In this document: positions 25,701-37,700 of the stretch, piece by piece | Numbering within the stretch: position 1 is the stretch's first letter | How the letters are laid out: the number at the start of each line of letters is the position of its first letter | NCBI GenBank assembly: GCA_013239625.1 | Contig: MU054212.1 | Location: forward strand, 5,802,270-5,866,269 | Direction: 5' to 3' | Length of the DNA: 64,000 bases | Source of the DNA: Lama guanicoe | Taxonomy: Eukaryota | Made by a program: the position numbers and the translations under genes | Notes under the pieces: generated by a model | What the model saw: only the letters and a program-made list of their open reading frames with translations | What the model was told of the DNA's origin: nothing | Databases searched by the model: none

Positions 25701-28700
25701 CAGCCCCCTTTTGGAATCTTTGTTGTTGACAGAAACACTGGAGAAATTAACATAACAGCCATAGTGGATCGTGAGGAAACTCCAAGCTTCCAGGTAGGTT
25801 TGTGTCCTCAGTACTGGCCGCCCTTCCCCACGTGCACAGTGACTTTAGAAGGTGATATCCTTCTCCTGATGAACCGAGACAAGAGCTCAGTGCCTGAATC
25901 CACCCACCAGCAAATAACAATGTCAGTCCCTCTACAAAGAGCTGCCTCTAATGGTTGTGCCCCTGAAGGAATAGCCCAGAGGGGTGAACTACAGCGTACA
26001 GCTTGCCAAGGGCTTCATGCTGCCACGAGACAGCACCAGCAACTTGCCCCACTGGTCTGCCCAGAGTGGGCACTTTTTCGTACTTTGTTTTTCTCTGGGG
26101 AAATATTTTTCCCTCTTTGCACAAAAGTACTTACTTCTACAAGTTTTAATAGTGGGCAAAGTAAGGTTGTAGAATGTTAACTAACCATTTCCATCTTTTT
26201 CTAGATCACGTGTCATGCTCTCAATGCCGCAGGACAAGATGTAGAGAGACCACTTATACTAACGGTCAAAATTTTAGATATCAATGACAACGCTCCAGTG
26301 TTTTCACAGAGTGTGTTCATGGGTGAAATCGAAGAAAACAGTGCTGCGAGTAAGTCTTCTGCAGGACCTACTGACTTCTAATTTTGTTTTTCTTTTCAGA
26401 TACCAGTATCACTGTATATAGTACATCATTTTTATAAGTTACTTTATTCTCTGAGTTTCATCAGTCGTGCAGAAAAATTCAGCAAGATAATGTGGGTCTC
26501 CCTTCCTGATATTTGCAGTTGAGTTACTCATCCATCGCCAGTGTATTTCTAGGCGGTGGTTGTGTTATCAACTGAAAGTCACAAAGCTAAAGAAGTGGCC
26601 TCAGGTAGCCTGGATGCATCACCTGGGCGTTTTCAGATTATAAGGAGCAGAGACACACTCACAGTACTTGGATAATTTGGGGGAAAGGGAAAATTATAAG
26701 GCCACTGATCGAGGGAAGAAATAAAGACAAAAAAATAGTCTAAATCTCAACACAGCTAAGGCTTAGTGAGAACTGAAGGATTTTTATGGAAGGCTGCACA
26801 GTTCACCTGATCGAGAGACACAGTAAGAAATATTGCAAGTGACGTGCATTTCTTTTTAGCATGCACGTATTTAAAGATCTTAAAAGACAAAGATCAATTT
26901 GAAATTGTGTTGAATATTTAATGTGAACATAATGTCAATCTTCACACACACTTTAATGAACTTCTTCTGTATTCCTAGACTCACTGGTGATGATACTAAA
27001 TGCCACAGATGCAGATGAACCAAACCACCTGAACTCTAAAATTGCCTTCAAAATCGTCTCTCAGGAACCCGCGAGCACACCCATGTTCCTCCTAAGCAGA
27101 CACACGGGGGAAGTCCGTACTCTGACCAGTTCACTCGATCGAGAGGTAAAGCAAGGTGCTTGGGAGCATTCAGTAACTCAGGATTCAGTTGTAAGAAAGC
27201 CAAGAGAGGTGATTCTGTTCCCCCTGAGAATGAAAGGAGAAAGGACGAGAGGTCCCCAGGGCCAATCCAAGGGAACTGTTTGCATTCTAGTGGGTTTCTG
27301 GTGGGATGGGATGGGTACCTGAGACTTGCACAATCAACTGTACCTAAACAAGCAAGCATCAGCACACCTGTGGGACTTAAAGTGGGAGAGGAAAAGAAGG
27401 CACTGCATACGTGGACAGAGACTGAACTGTGGCTAATTCCTCATAAGAAGGAGGAGAAGGAAATTTCTGTCTGGAGTAAAGCCTTCTCTAATGTCACATT
27501 TTTTCTCCTGATTTCTTTTCATTTTACCCCTGTTTCCAGAAGACTAAAGAATCCCCTTCCTCTCGCTTCTCCATTGTCCCACCTCTACAACTACCATCAC
27601 TGCCACCACATCTCCATCACTGCACGCTACCCCGTCAGACTCTGTATTAACTTTGTACAAATGATTTTCCAAACAGACTGGCAGGGAAGCTCTCTGAGTG
27701 ACCATCCCTCAGATAAGCCTCCCACCATCCTCATGGTCCATTTTTGCCCTGACTGTCCTTTCCTGTCCTAAGAGGCTCACAAAAGAGAAAACTTGCACTA
27801 GCCCCATAAAGACTTCAACCCAGCCATCCCGAGCCCCACACACCTCCTCTATGATGGTCGATGAATGGTGCATGTGATCCTTCCAGAGCATGAACCACGA
27901 CCTTGAATATCTTCACCTCCTTCCCATAGGAAGCAAGCAGTTGCCATTTGTATTCCAGGAACTAGAGATGAATTCTTTTTATTTTTTCCTCCAAATACAG
28001 CAAGTTAGCAGCTATCGTCTGGTTGTGAGTGGTGCAGACAAAGACGGAGAAGGACTATCAACTCAATGTGAATGCAGTATTAAAGTGAAAGATGTGAATG
28101 ATAATTTCCCAAGGTTCAGAGAATCACAGGTATGCCTTTCACTCCTTGAAGAATAAATTTACATATAATATATAACTTATTATATATTGTACTTGGCCAT
28201 CCAAATCTAAGATTTGCCAGCTTGCTGGCTTTTATTTAAGCTCTCTGCACTTTCCTTTAAAAATAAGCTTTTGTAAAATGTAAGAATTCAGGAACCAGCA
28301 AGGAAACAATACATAATTTGAGAATTCATGACTAATGCCATTCAGAATAAATATAGCTCCGTTAGATAAAATCTGACATAAGTCTTAAATTCTGCTTTTC
28401 TTTTCAAGTATTCAGCACGTATTGAGGAAAATACTTTAAGTTCTGACTTGCTTCGATTTCAAGTAATAGATTTGGATGAAGAGTTCACAGATAACTGGCT
28501 TGCAGTGTATTTCTTTACCTCTGGAAATGAAGGCGGTTGGTTTGAAATACAAACTGATCCCAGAACTAACGAAGGCATCCTGAAGGTGGTTAAGGTAAGG
28601 TCCGATTTCCCTTCGGTGGGAAAAATATTCTATATTAACCAAAACTATTATTCTTTATTAACAAAACTGTCATAAATAAACTTTATTCACTTACGAATAA

Positions 28701-31700
28701 TAATACCACTTCTTTATAGAAAATTTTAAAAAACACAAACAAGTAGCTAGAACTTTGAAAACACACAGAGCCCTATTGCCTTAGAAAAACTTTCTTAATA
28801 TGTTGACTTATTTCCTTCCAAGCTATCATATTGTCTATAGAAACACAAACACGCTAATATACATGTATTTATCCATGTGCCTGCTTTAAGCACACGAAGG
28901 TAAAACATATTTCCTGACTTAAACTCATTTACTCTCTACAACTGAAGTTAGGAAGAGTCAAGAACACATGGAATTGTGGCCTGTGAACTTCTCAACTTGC
29001 TTTGAATGGATTAGTTATGGTCTTCGGGGGGGGGAATGCAACTTTTCCTAGAAAATGGGAATTTATAAGTTATATCTGCAAAATAAAAAAATAAATAATT
29101 GAGGAAAACTTCCATTTGACAGGCTTGGCTACAGGAGACCCTCCATCTGAAATAGCATAAGGCTATCTAAGCCTGGGTATTGTATAGACTAGAAAACTAT
29201 TACCACTATTTCAGGACATTCCTTGACATAGGACATCGGACAACATGGGAGCTTCTTTAATTCCCTGAGTCCAGTAGAATGACAGACCCATAATATTCCC
29301 TTGACAAGGAGACTGCTAGAATTCCGGATTTCTGGAAGCCATGTAAGCAGTTCCCATTACTCTGCTTTCAGAGTGGGTTACAGCCATGCTCAGTTGCAAG
29401 CATTTTGTAACAAACGCCCAGAGACATTCCCAGTCTTCTGTATTGGTGTCATCCAGTCTCCTAAACTAGAAACCTGGGTCTTACCCTTCAGTTGTGGCAT
29501 TTCCTCACAACCTAGAGTCAGCCATCAAATTCGGCCCTAGGAATTGTCCTTAAAGTCTGGCCCTGATCTTCCTACTTACGGCCTGTGCTCCACCTGGTCT
29601 CATCACCCCCCACCCGCCCCAGGTGACAGCGGGCCCTCCTGACAGACGTCCCTGCCTCCCATGTCTACTTCCCTTCATTCCCCCACTGCCATCAGTCTGC
29701 CACGTTTTTCTTAAAACCAACTTGGGCCAGCTACTCTCCTCTTTAAAAACTTTCCTTGTTCTCCACTGGCTGTGACAGCGGCCCTGGGTCGGGACTGCCC
29801 TGCAGTGGGAATCCAGGAACTATTCAGTTGGTCCCGGAGGAGGCCAGGCAGTGGTTCTTACAGGCTCCTCCAGGGGCGGTAGTGAGCAGCCAGGGTCGAT
29901 GACCACCTGCTGGCCTCGGAGAGGACCTTCAGGCCCTCAGAACTGCATCCAAGGCCTCTCACCATCAGCTGCCAGCTCTCTACCACCTTCTGTAAGGCTG
30001 GGTACTTGCAAGCACCTCCTCCCCCTGAAACATGCTGCTCACACGAAAACCTCTCGGAAGTCTCTCCTGAGTTTCTCAAGTTCAAGTCTTCACTTGCTTT
30101 CACACATAGACGCCATAATCTCTTTTGTCCCTTACCCTCTGTATTATAATTACCTGTTTCTTTTTTGGGGGGTGGGGTGTAGTTTGGTTTATTTATTTAT
30201 TTATTTATTTTAATGGAGGTACTGGGGATTGAACCCAGGGCCTCATGCATGCTAAACATGCGCTCTACCACTAAACTATACCCTCCCCTCATGGTTAACT
30301 GTTTAAACATCTTTCTCTTCCTCTCCACTAGGAAACACTTGAGTCCACAAAACCAGTCATTGCCAAGTTAAAACACAAATCTAGGTCTCTTACCGTAATT
30401 ATTTTCGGTTACACACAAATGTAACCAAAGTGAGAATTTCCTTATCTCATCACCCTTAGAAACTGTACTAGTGAATGGAAAAAGCTATCCTGGGACCTGA
30501 GGTCTTGAATCGGGCCACCTCAATAAGATGATCAAACAATAGTTATCACCAACACTGTCTGAAATGGTTCTTTGAAGAGTTGGTGGGCCACCCACTCACT
30601 GCTTTGCAGAGGCCTACTTGCCAACCAAGTTCATTAAGACAATTTGCCTTTGCCACTTAGGAATTTTTAAAGTCAGGAAAGACATTACTGCACATGAACC
30701 CAACGACTATTCTGTGAATGGCCACATCGCTGCCATTTACCGGAATGTATTATGGACTTTAATTTGTTCAGTCCTCACAACAATCTGATGAAGTTAGAGT
30801 CTTTTTCTCAGGAGTAAAAAGTTGAGGATCGGAGATATTAAATATTGTGCCCTGAGTCACACAGCTATTAAGTAGCAGATCCAAGATTCAAATCACGCTA
30901 GCGTAACAATCTTGGGGTTCATTCCACTGTGCCGCACAGCCTAAAGAAACTGGAAAGGTGTTTTGTTGGTCTGAAAAGAGGTCCTCTGCTTTCTAAGTAT
31001 CAGTTAGCAAACTAAAGTTTCATGAGTTCAGAACTCTGATTCTCACCACAACATTACAACGACCCGTGAAACCATTTTGCTGTATAGAAATAAAGGATTC
31101 ATTCATAGCACGTAACATAGAGTTCTCCTGTCCTCTTGCCGGATCATATTTTTGTGACACCTCTTCCCTTCTAATTTTATTTCTACCCTAGGCCCTAGAT
31201 TACGAGCAACTGCAGAACGTGCAACTTGGTATTGCCGTCAGAAACAAAGCCGTATTTCACAAATCAGTAATCTCCCAATACCGAGTCCAGTCAACCCCAC
31301 TCACAATTCAAGTAGTAAACGTGAGAGAAGGAATTACATTCCGTCCTGCTTCCAAGACGTTCACTGTCCAAAAAGGCATAAGTATTAGAAAACTGGTCAA
31401 TTATATCCTGGGAACATATCAGGCCATTGACGAAGACACTAACAAAGCTGCCACATCCGTCAGGTGAGGTCATTTTTTAAATATCGGGTTATTTCTTGAT
31501 GTAGTTTTAATTTACAAACTATTAAAAAAATAACACCTAAACTATTATATGCCAAGAATACAAAGAGATGCAAAGGTGGCCGACTCAAGGAACCATGTAA
31601 ATTCGAGAAGCCTCATGGGCTATGAGCGAAGGCAGCAGAATTATAAAGTGGGAAACTAAGAATGTCTTGCCTGTCTAGAAAGATCAGGAAAAAGTTTCCT

Positions 31701-34700
31701 GGAAACTTTCAACTGAATTTTAAAATGAGTAGAAGCTCACTGGGAGACAGTGGTACAATCAGAACAGCTCATACCTCTGCCTAAAACACATGGGCACCAT
31801 GCAAAGTAGATGCTCTAATAAAAAGAGCTAGCACACGGTTACCATTACCAAGCAGAGCAGAAAACTGAAAACCCAGGCTAACACATACGGAAGGATTATT
31901 AACTACTGCTTGTTCATGCTCATATGTTAATTTTCTGCTTTTTATAAAAGCATGTCTCAATGTCTTACATTAAGTATAAATACATTAAATACGAAACGAG
32001 TCATTTTCATTAAATAGGTAACATTCCATATTTCAAAAAAAAAAAGTTTGCTGTTTTCTGTTACAAAACAGATATGCCTTGGGACGTAACGATGGTGGTT
32101 TGCTAATTATTGATTCAAAAACTGCTCAAATCAAATTTGCCAAAAACATTGACCGGGATGCTACATTCATTGTCAACAAGACAATCACAGCTGAGGTTCT
32201 GGCCATAGATGGTAAGAAAATGATTTCATTTTTGGAGAAATGTTGTACCAACTGGCATTTCTTTATGAATAGATGATTATGATTGTTAACCTATTATCTT
32301 TATCACTAGATAAAGTTAATTATCTTAGAGGCCTTGGGTCTCAAGTCTGAGGCAGCTAAATCCAGGAGAAGACTGAGCATTCCAGCTTCTCAGTGGAGTC
32401 TGTTGGACCAATGAATTCTGTGTTTGGTCCCTATTGTTGGCGGTGGTTGGGCAGGAATTTCTGGGTTTGAGAGGGTCGATAAAGACTGATACAAAAGTCT
32501 GTCAGAGAAGCCCAGCTCAAATGTGAGATGCCTTTGTGAGTTCCTTGTAGAGACCTCATATGCTTACACCACTGAACAACAAAAGTGTTCTGAAATGCTT
32601 TTAAAATAATATTTACTGACTGTCTGTGTTTCCCAAAGTGTAAAATTAGTTTATGCTTAAGGCAATAAGCAAACATAAAAATGAAAGAATAAACACCAGA
32701 ATTTATATTATCTGGGAAAACAGCAAAAAGCGCTAAGGGAAACAGAAATAATTCATAATTCCACCACTGAGAGATTTTTATTTTATTGTTTTTGACTGTC
32801 AGCATTTAAATTTTTTTCTTCAATAAACTTTAACATCCTGTGTAATAAAAATAAATCATTGTTTATCCCAAATACTTTGGCTCAAGCTTTAGAAGCAAAC
32901 ATTTTTCAGAGTGCTGGGCTCAATGCAGTAAGATACACTTAAGGAAAGTGTGGTTTTATTTTCATTTCATTGGTAATCAGTGAATTCATCCCCTCACAGG
33001 CCTTGGTTCCAAGCATATTAAATTAATAGCCAATGCTACTAATTAAAAACATCAGCTAGGTTGGTAAATTTAGATTTGCCTTTAACAAAATGTGGAAATT
33101 GGGTGACATCTGTTTACTTGGAGGAATAACAAATACAATTTCTCATGAGTGAACACATTAATTTGGTTGCATGCAAGAGAAATTTAGAAGGTTTATTTAT
33201 TATTTATTTATTAATTGTACAACTTGTTCTGCGTATTTCTTTAACTCCAAAACATTCTTCTTACAGAAAGCACGGGTAAAACTTCTACAGGCACCGTATA
33301 TGTTAGAGTACCTGATTTTAATGAAGACTGTCCAAACATTGTCCTGGAAAAGGAAGCCATCTGCAGTGCGTCCCCTTCCGTGGTTGTCTCGGCCAGAGTG
33401 CTGGAGCGGGATAAATACTCGGGCCCCTACACGTTCTCCCTGGAGGAGCAGCCTCTCAAACTGCCGGTGGTGTGGGGCATCACAACGCTGAACGGTGAGC
33501 AGCCGTAAAGCGGCTTCCACGAATGAAAGCGGCTGCTTTATATTTCCAGAAGGATGAGAAAGCGCTCATTTGGGAGCAGGTCTTTTCCAAAAGTAATTTT
33601 AAAATCTCTTTGCCATGAAGATGTAGACTGAGGCTCATGAATTTCTTCTCTCTTCAGAAAAGGAATGACATGATATAATACTGACTATTTAATATTTTCT
33701 GTTTTTCATGTGGACTCTTAAATTTTTAATGTCTTTAAAATTTTATTTCTACCTACACAATACACCAAAAAAAAAAAGATTATAGAGTCAGGCATCTATT
33801 TTATTATAGAGCTGTTTAGATTTCTAAATATATAAGCTTTTCCTCATTGGGCAGACCGTCAGCAGACGCGAAGCAATGGAGGAGGCAGCCTGCTTGATGC
33901 TGTCACTAGTCTGTCACTAGTCAGGAATCTTGAGAGCATGGTGGACTGAAATTCATAAATCCATTAGCCGGGGCAAGAGCTCATCCAGCCTTCCTTTCCT
34001 CCTAATCTTTATCATGCTATGTTTACATTTCCTACGTTTTCCAAGAGCCTGATAGCCATTAGACTTAATAAGAATCTTCTCCTCTACGTGTTTGACAGTG
34101 ACCATCAGGCCACTTCAAATCCTCTGTAAATGAACCCCCTTTTCTCTAGTTCTTTTCTGAACCAGTCTTGCTTCCTTTCATGAACATGCTTGCTCTGTGG
34201 CGCCCAGTCATAGGCATCAGCATGCCTAGAGTCACCAAAGGCATCTTGCTCTCTGTGGCTTCCTTTCCTGGGTCCTTACTGATCCTGGTGTCAGGATCTA
34301 GCTCCAAGTTGTACATGTAGCATTTGGCTCCAAACGCCTTTACCAGACACATGGCCAATGAAAAGGCTGCAAAAGAAACATCACAGAAAGACAGGACCCG
34401 GCACTAGACACACCTGCTTGGGTGAGGCTGGGCGAGGCCACAGTGGTTGGACTGGGTGGATCAGGCACAATGTTAAGCGGCACAGTGGAGTCAAGAATTA
34501 TTGAAGCAACACAACCCCACATCTTACAAGAGCTGCTGCTGGAGCCCTTAGAAAGGGACAACATCGCAATGGAGAATGATCATTGCTTGTGAGTCAGATA
34601 AGCCACAGGCCTGCAGCACAGGGAACCCCACACAACTGACTTGAGGCTCATGGGATGAGCAGCTGACATAGCAGCAGCCAAAGCAGAAGTAGAGATGTCA

Positions 34701-37700
34701 GTCTTGATCAGTCCGGCACAAAAACATGGAGCGAGGCTGAAGGGATACATTCAGAGGGCTACACCAGAGTCCAGGGGTTGGTGCAGGCATACAGGAGGCT
34801 GGGGAAGCCCCAGAAGAAGGACTGGATTTAAATGATGCCCACTCCTCTCCTCTTTGAGGAGAAAATCAAGGTAGGGGTGAGTTTTCATGGGGGAAGATTA
34901 TGGCCCTTCTGGGGCAGATAGAAAGGCAAGGAGGAAGTACGCCCCACACGCTCCAGCCCTCCCTCCAAACCGCTCAAGCCTCAGCCCTGCTATCTGTGAT
35001 GGTGGAGTCTATGGCACCTCTGGCTCTGTTTATAAAAATAAGTCATTTTAAGAGCAAAAGACACCGTGTCCTACCGTTGATTTGTTTGACTGTCCCCCTC
35101 AGCTACCTCCGCGCTCCTAAGAGCCCCGCAGCAGGTGTCTCCTGGCGTGTACAGAATCTCCCTCGTGGTCACGGATGGTCAGGGCAGGCAGTGCGAGACA
35201 CCGGATAGCTTGACTCTGGAAGTCTGTCAGTGTGACAACAGGGACACCTGTAGCAGAACTGTGGCTCCAACCAACGCCCCCCGGATCAGAGGGGATCAGT
35301 CGTCCTGGAGGCTGGGGCCTGCCGCCATCGGCCTGCTCCTCCTGGGTCTTCTGATGCTGCTGTGTGAGTATGCCGAAGCCTCGGCCTGTTCCCACTGGGT
35401 GTGGGCGTGTGTGGGGCCTTCCCGCTGCACAGGCAATGCCTCTCTGCAATTGTCTTAGAGGCAAAGCTGGGGAAAATCGCATTTTCGGGAAGAATCAGAA
35501 ATGTTTAAATTTAACACATCACTTGTCAACAATCTGACCATTCAGGTGTTTATTCACCTGACACCACAAACATAGCTTCAGTATGTACAAATAAATGCAA
35601 ATAATAAAAAAAATGTATTACAGAAAAGGACTCAGAAACTGAACCAACCAGCTTTATCATTCATCAAATAGTGCCTATTTTAAGAAAAAAATATACCTGT
35701 CACAAGAATAATTTGATCAAATTGATTGATTCTCCTTCGGTTTCATAATCACATGAAATTTTACTATGCTTAATTTTCTAAATTTTATTTGATACAAACC
35801 AATTTTGCTTTCTTAGATGTTTCAGATAGGCATTAGATTTTCCAGAAATAAGCATTGGAAATATCGTATTTTCTTTGTCATAGTTCTAAGAATTGTCACG
35901 TCAAGTGATTCAAATGTTCTGATATTTTGTTTTCCTTGATACTAGTGGCCCCTCTTCTGCTGCTGACTTGTGACTGTGGGATGGGTCCTATCAGCGGTGT
36001 GACTGGTGGATTTATCCCAGTGCCTGATGGTTCAGAAGGAACAATTCATCGGTGGGGAATCGAAGGAGCCCAACCTGAAGACAAGGTGAGGATTCACTCT
36101 GTAAAACACTATTCCAATCATACAGAGCAAATTTTGATTTATATTCAAATGGGAAAAGGGAAAAATGGGCTATAAAAGTAAGAGACCTCTTGACCCTCAA
36201 GCGCCCTTGAGATTCAGTGCTGAAATAAATGAAGTCTTTTAGGATTTTAGCTCTTCAGATGTCAAATCATAAGAATGGTTACTCCTGCAAGAATTTGGGC
36301 TTGTTCTGATGTCACCATTTGCAAAGGGGCACAGTCTACCAATATCAGTGAAATATGATTAATTTTTAAATGTGTTTATTTTTTGTGCATGGTTTGCAGG
36401 AAATCACAAATATTTGTGTGCCACCCATAACTGCCAACGGAGTCGATGTCACGGAAAACTCTGGTAAGTGAACATTGACTTTCTTTTTGAAAACAACAAT
36501 GAGTTAAATAAGAAATATTGAAAAATAAGAAATGTTCTAAATCTTTTCATAATTTGCATATATGTGCACATGTTGAGAAATGTTACCACTGAAACTGGGC
36601 TTCAGTGAGATGGTTTACAGTGAGTATATTAGTCAATTCCATGACCTAGCTCTGGGTCAAGTTCATTTGCCTACTGATGCTCCCGTTTGTACTAACTGAA
36701 GATTTGTTGTACTTTTTCCAAACTTTAACAAACTGAAGCATAGCTCTCAGATAGTCAACTATTAATTTTTCAATAAGGAAAGATCTCATACATACAGAAA
36801 AATGTAAAGGAAAATATAATAAACACTATGTACTCACTACCCAACTTCAACTATTCTTACCATTGGTACTATCTGCAGTTAAAGCCTCGTGTGTGCACAT
36901 CCTAAATCTTGTTGCCTTTTTTCCCTCCCCAGATCTACCAGCACCCTGATTTGAGTTCAATTACCAATTCTTATATTCAGCCATAATGGGACAAGAGCGC
37001 TTATGTTGTCCCCTAGGTGAAATTACTTACTTCTTTGGTTTATGAAATGACTATTTTAATCATATTATCTCAATGCCACAATCAAGGCTTAAACTAGAGA
37101 AATAATAAGACCTAATGTCTAAAATCCATTATAATTACAAAGCAAAAACTATATTCAGAATGCTCTAGAAAAAAAAAAAACAGCTTTCCATGAAAATGTA
37201 ACCTAAAGGTAACAGGCAGAATAGTCGTAACTCATTAGGCACCAAAATACCAAATTAGCTTCTGCTAATTTGCATGATTACATTATGTATGTTTTCTCTT
37301 TGGTTTCCATATTGAGCCAATATGACAGCTTAATTACAATTTATTTTTCCTGAAAACAAGCAGTGCATTAGAAGCTTTCCGTGGCTGTGTGCTGAATATT
37401 CTGTTTTTACTTTTCCCTTTCTGGCTGTTGTCACTGAAAATCTATTTCTTTTGTGTATTTTTTAATTAGTAGATAATTTTTAATAGAGCTAGTTCACCCG
37501 CTATTAACCCGTTACATCCTCACCTCTTCTATTACTCTCACATAAAACCCTGTGGGATGTTCTTATCACCTCTATTCATATTGTATTTTCTCCCATTTAC
37601 TTGCTTTACTTGGTGACTGCTCATGGATATCAAAGACCAGCAAAAAACAAAACAAAACAAAAAAAATCACAGCAGGAGATGCTATGAAACTCCCTCCCTG

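Noticed and set aside
27160..27771. 203-aa intronic ORF
   Set aside because: No recognisable domain; lies in intron 6 with repeat-like sequence; consistent with chance.
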